Shown here in pieces: positions 58,680 to 64,000 of a stretch of 64,000 nt of DNA; the stretch's first letter is position 1, and the number at the start of each line of letters is the position of its first letter. A program made the translations under genes and the position numbers. Below the pieces are notes generated by a model. It worked only from the letters and a program-made list of their open reading frames with translations, searched no databases and was not told the origin of the DNA. The stretch is from Blastocladiella emersonii ATCC 22665 (lineage: Eukaryota; Fungi; Blastocladiomycota): contig JANHCV010000006.1 of the NCBI GenBank assembly GCA_025594325.1, positions 310,001-374,000 of the forward strand. The letters are read 5' to 3'.

Positions 58680-59981
58680 GGTTGCTGAGCGGCAGCTTCC
58701 CGATCGGCAAGCACCCGTCAGTCAAGGATTTTCTGTGTCCTCTTGTACACGACGACGGCACGCGGTGCGCCTCGCACCTCGTGGCCGTCGAGGTCCCGGC
58801 CAGGTACCGCCACCGCGTCAAAACCGACGTACCACCGCCGGTCGTGGCCGTATGTGCCGCCAATGGCCGCGTACGAGTCGTGCACCGCGCCCACGACGGG
58901 CGACGCATCCGTTCCTCAAGCTCCTGATCCGCAGCGGCAGACTCCGCCGCGCGTCTACTCCTTCACGTCCGACCAGCTCCTTGACGACTACCTCGAGCTC
59001 GCCATCACCAATCTCGCCTCCAACGAGCAGCGCGAGCTGTTCCCCGACGCGTACATGAGCATGCCCTGCAAGAAGCCCAGCGGGGTGTCCGAGATTGAGG
59101 AGGTGTGCGTCATTCAGCTGACCAAACTGCTGCGTCTCGACCAAACACACACCTGTTCTACAACCTCGCGAGCTGCACGAAATGTTGCAGCAAGGACAAG
59201 GACGACGAGAGCAAGGTGTCCTGCTATGGCTTCCCGCGCGAATGCATCCTCATCATACATTGCGGTTTCGAGGTTAGGTACGGAATTTACGAAGACTTCG
59301 GCCAGGAGCGGCAGCTAGCCGACGTTGATGTGTAGCTCACCGACCGCGTCCGCCGATGCCATAGATGTCGACGGCGACGCGACCGCCACCTCGGCCAGCG
59401 CAGTACCGGACGCGCGTCCGTCTACGTCGTCAACTTCTCGGCCTGGCACTTTCATATTGTAACGCGATGTGACCAGCTGCTGGCTCAACACGTACTGCAC
59501 AATCTGGCGCAAGATTTTGCACAGCAGCATGGACTTGAGCATCCTCACGGCGTTCGGCACGTCGCTCGTCGCCTTCAACGCGACCTAGCACTCAACCAAG
59601 ACGCGAGAGGTCATCAAGAACTACGCCGCCATCGTCGCCGCGCTCAAGTCGCGCCATGAGCGCTTTGACGCGCAAGGCAACGCGGTTTCGCGCGGCCACA
59701 AGAAGCTCCTCCTCTCGCTCGCGTACCTCATGTCGGGCAACACCAAGGAGTTTCCCAAGACCATGGCTGTATTGTTCCTACATGCGGCGGCCGCCGGGAT
59801 ATTCTCGCAGAAGTTCGCCCCGCTGCTGCTGCACCAGGCGATGCGGTGGCTCGACCTCATGAGCGTCACTGCTGGCAAGCAATCCAAGCGTTGTCATGAG
59901 CGTAATGGCGCCGCGGAGACGCTCGAGCAGTCGCGGAGCAAGAAACTTGATGATGGACGTGGCTTCAAAAGTCTCGCGTGA
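58680..59981 (+). pseudogene. Decayed Cys-rich reading frame, possibly transposase-derived
   Basis: Coding-like GC3 segments in shifting frames (FLCPLVHDDGTRCASHL; FYNLASCTKCC; LLSLAYLMSGNTKEFPKTMAVLFLH). Family not identified. Confidence 0.35.
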
Positions 59982-60113
59982 CTTTCAGCAGGCTAAGGTG
60001 TCCCGTGCGACCCGTCGCTCCAACGTGGCGGAGGGCTTAAGCCCTCGATTGAAGACCAGACGCGAAGCGTCTAGGTGGTTTAAGTAAAATCTGAGAGACG
60101 CGTCGCACACGCA

Positions 60114-63100
60114 GCGCGTGATCGGGTCACGAGTTTTCGCGACGCGTCTCGCATCCGCACGCGCGCGCCGTCTCCCGCGCTGGACCACCGCTTGCGCGCG
60201 CACACGGAAAGCCGAGGTATAGCCGAAAAAAAGTAAAGGAAAGTCGTATGCAAAATGATGAGGACGAGTACTTTCATGGCGGGTCTTTGAACAGGGCGGA
60301 TCGGGTAACTGTTGACAAGCGGAAAGAGGTTTGACCCGGCAGCCCATGGATGATAGAGATATCAGCCCCGAACACGAGGTTCGAACTGTCATACCGAATT
60401 CCTCACTTACGTGGCCCCGAACCCACGAAAGCCCGCTTGCCCACATGCACCACTGCCCCCTCAATACTACTGCAACTGACCCCGGCAAGGTGCCTGTGAG
60501 CAAACTTGCAGGGTTTTGGTGGCATGGCGGCAGCAGTGCCATCAAAAGTCTGTGCGTGCCCGAATTGGACTGCAGAATATGCGCCGGAACGAACAACCCG
60601 TCAGACTTGCGCATGGGTTTCCCGATCGCTAGTCCACACGTAACAAACAAGTCGCTTGTCGTCCCAGTTTCAATCTCAGCAGTCGAGCTGAATTCGACTG
60701 AAGACGGGCTATCGATGGGCTCCAGACTGAGCGGCGGTGGTGGCACGGCGGGTGGCGCAGGCGGGTGGCGCAGCAGTGGGAGACGCGTCACCGACTGCCA
60801 CGGCTCCGACCTCCGCCTGGAGGACTCTGACTCCAAGTCTCCACCTCGAGCCTTCCAGTGCTGAATCAACTTCTCGATCAAGGCTTGATCCAGATTTTGC
60901 ATGCTGGATCCACAATCATGAAAGGTGGATCCAGCATTGACTGAGATGAGCTCGAATGAGCTTGGCGGCGACCTGGATCGAGACGTTGATCCACTTTCAA
61001 CAATGTGGATCCACACCTTGATCCACGCACCCTGGATCAACTTGTTGGAAAAGTAGCTCTACGCGTTGATCAACGTCTAAATTCAACTCGTGCGCAGGCG
61101 AAACCAGGAGCTGATCAACGGTGACCATGGTGATGAAGGAACTCATGCGAAAATGCATCGAAATGGTCTCAACGACCCAGCAAAGCATTTTAGGGAGCCG
61201 AACTCAACTAGACGTGTTCGTGCTGCTGCAAGGTGAGCTTGAGCCCGTCGCCAAACGTCGTGTTCGCGGTGGTCCACAAAGTCGAGCGAGTTGGCGAGCT
61301 GCAGCATCATGAGCAGCGTGAGGCTCGCAGCGTCTCGTGCGCGTTGATGAGGTACTCGGCGTACCCGCCCTGGTGCGCCGACGATGGCCGGTTCCCGTTC
61401 GGCGCGACGTGAAGGAAGGCCGATACGGCCAAACGGGCACGATGTGGAACTCGCACGTAGGGCGGAGAGCTAGCGTCTGCCCGGCGTAGAGACCCGGCAC
61501 AACTACGCGAGGCCCCGTCTAGCAGAGGTGAAACTGTTGAGAGCCGTGATTTCAAGCCGAATGCCGTCCAAGTCCAGGTCGACGAGCCAAGTGCGCGGTT
61601 TCCGCTCGACCAAGCGCAACGGAGGGCAACGGCGCGCTCAACACCTCACATGCGACTCATAAAGCTTCAAGATGCGAGAGTCCTTGCGACCGCCGTAACG
61701 ACCTCTTCGCGAGGGTAGCGTTGCGACTTGGCTTGCCCGCTGGCGAGGTCCTATCGACCAAGTTCGAACGCTCACGGCACGGCCAAATGCTCGCAGCAAG
61801 TAATTCATGGATTAATCATAGAGTGCGACGTCGCAGTCCTGTCGCCGGGAGGAGAGAGCGCCGCCGCAGCGAAGGGAGGAGCAAAACACGTTGAAACTAA
61901 CGTCACGTGTGAGCGCGTTGCTCGTTTCGGCCGCGTTCGCTTTAGCGGACTCTGCGCCGCGGCGGCTCGCGCTCCCTCGCCCCATCACCAACAACCATGC
62001 TATCGACCCACTCGACACTCGTGACCTCGTGCAACCGCTTGCACCGTCATCCCTCGGCATCCATGCATCTCGCGTCGACGCGTATACGCCCGGGCGCCAC
62101 GACAGGCCCGCGCCGCACGGTGGCCCCCACGGTACGCGTCTCTCCGCTTCTTCTCGGCCGCTCTTCCCACGCGACGTGCATCCGGAGTCATGCATCAAGT
62201 CCGTCGACACGCCCTGCACACATCGACGGGACTCGCGCCCGCCGCGCTCGATGTTCACGCCGCGTTCCCACGCCTTCCGCGCCGGCTGTCCGTTCGCTCA
62301 CTGACCCACCCCACGCCACGACCTCTTTGCCCTGCTTTCTAGCCTTCGACAAGCACCTCAAGCTGTGGCGGCACTCGAGGGGTCCGCGGCAAGGTGCTTA
62401 CGTCGATCCTGACCAAGTTCGCGACATGGTACGCGGTGCTTGATTCGGCCTGCTTCTCCCGTGGACCGGGACTAACATGTTTGCGGCCGCAATGAGCGAG
62501 TAGGGCACCGAGTACGCCAAGTCGCGGTGACCAGGGTCGCGCCGTCGCCCGTCCCGTCGACTCGCGCACGGCACGCTCAAGTCCACGCGGTACGGTGCTT
62601 CTCTTTCGCGTTGTCGGTGCGACTCACGCTGCGTGCGGGCACCGCCGAGCTTCGGGTCCCAAAGCACTTTCGCTCGTGTCGTCGGCCCGGGTCTCGGCGA
62701 CGCAGCCCACGCGCTCGCGTCGACTGTACTCTTCGCCTGACCCTCTGCTCACTCGTCTCCGCTACGCGACCCGTAGCCTCGGTCTACCACGACAAGCTGC
62801 TGCGGCGCTCGCCCATCAACTGGTCGGCGTTGCTCTCAAGCACGCACCCGACGGCGTACTCGTTCATAATCGAGGTACGCGACTCGTCCTCGCCCATCAC
62901 GGTCTCCGACTTACGCAGATGATTCCCTCCTGTCTAGTTCATGGCGAGCAAGCTCACGAACCTGCCGTCGTGGCCAAAGGCGCCAGCTGCTGCGGGTTCG
63001 AGGACGGGTCCAAGGTGCACTCGAGGCGTCACGGTACGCGTTCATTGCCTCGCTGATGACCGACTCTGCGCTCACAATGATCTCTCCTCCGCATCGTAGG

Positions 63101-64000
63101 CCATATGCGGTTAGATTCCGCTCGCTCGTCATCAAGCTGGCCGCGAGGATCACCGGCACAGGGTTTCCTCTCTCATCCTCCCTCATCCTCTTCCCCGCCG
63201 ATGGTCTACCTGTATCGCACTCGATTCGCGGATAAATCGCGTGGTTTGAAACCTGGAATCATCGATGGGCCGCGACCTGGATCCGGATGTATTGAGCCGT
63301 GAGCGACGCCTTGATCCCTGGCGTGATCCACGCTGAGGCGAGGCGAATTCATTGCTGGATCAAGCTCGAGATCCACCTTGACCAAAAGCTGGATCCATCT
63401 GAGAGGTCCGCACGGTTTGCGGGTGGATCCAGCTCGCCCAAGCTGGATCCACGCTTGATCCAGAAAAGTAATATCGGGATCCACATTCCCCCGAGGTCCA
63501 TCATGTCCACGGCTGGATCCAGGGTGGATCCACTTCAAATGGCTGGGGCACGGTTCAGTGATGGCGTCTGGCGAAGCGACGATCGGAGTTGAGCAGGAAC
63601 ACGCAGACAGCTTCGCGCCACGATCCCGGCTTGCTTGCAAGGTAGCAGATACTGTACGGAAACAATGTCGGAAGGCACACGGCGGTGAATTGTCTCCTGC
63701 ACTCGCTGGACGGCGAAGGCGAGCGAGTTCAGAACCTGCTGGATACCAAGGCTCGCCATGAGCGGGACCTTGCCCCGCTTGATGGAATTCTCCAGCGACA
63801 GGAAGATCGGGCTGTTCATGTCGCTGAGTTTGCGAAGCACGCCGTTCGACTCGCTCGCCCGAGAGCTAGAAACAGAGTACCGGTGATCGAATTATTGATC
63901 GGGACTCGCCCTGTTTCAGAGTGCGCCACAGTCACTGAAGGGCGCAGCGCGCTCGTCCGTGCGGTCGGCTGGATGTTCAGGCGCGTTCTCAACTTGCAAG
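60114..64000 (-). repeat. Right arm of the inverted repeat, truncated by the window edge
   Basis: Reverse complement of 47367-51253. One substitution was noticed (T50323 vs G61044); the arms were not compared exhaustively base by base. Confidence 0.97.

Overview
This is eukaryotic genomic DNA: GC-rich, with short introns (about 55-90 nt, GTACGY/GTGCGY donors, CTGAC/CTAAC branch sites). That style plus the ankyrin-like/LRR families suggests an early-diverging fungus, probably Blastocladiomycota (inference). From 1 to about 42.3 kb the window is gene-dense. It holds a DUF4470 protein, a Nur1/Mug154-like protein, a possible degenerate NmrA-like protein, DCAF11/WDR23, an F-box/LRR pair, a TBC RabGAP, two GPI-type surface proteins, Rab GGTase beta, MER3/HFM1, delta-COP, SEC11 (with a GC-AG intron), an orphan gene, an ArfGAP and a compact SMG1 kinase. 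From about 42.7 kb to the end it is an accessory, rearranged region. Its main feature is a near-identical inverted repeat of at least 3,887 bp (47367-51253 mirrored at 60114-64000, running off the window). Each arm carries two dense GATC-palindrome arrays. The 8.9-kb spacer holds a Helitron2/Helentron-like non-autonomous element, a mirror-image pair of decayed RavA/MoxR-type AAA+ genes (the longer one fused to an ILEI-like domain), a DUF707 fragment, and one intact ankyrin-like+LRR gene at the symmetry axis. A 12-mer (GTGGCGCAACGC) recurs five times, only in accessory or intergenic DNA. All family calls come from motif recognition by eye, with no database searches. No rRNA, tRNA or CRISPR array was seen.
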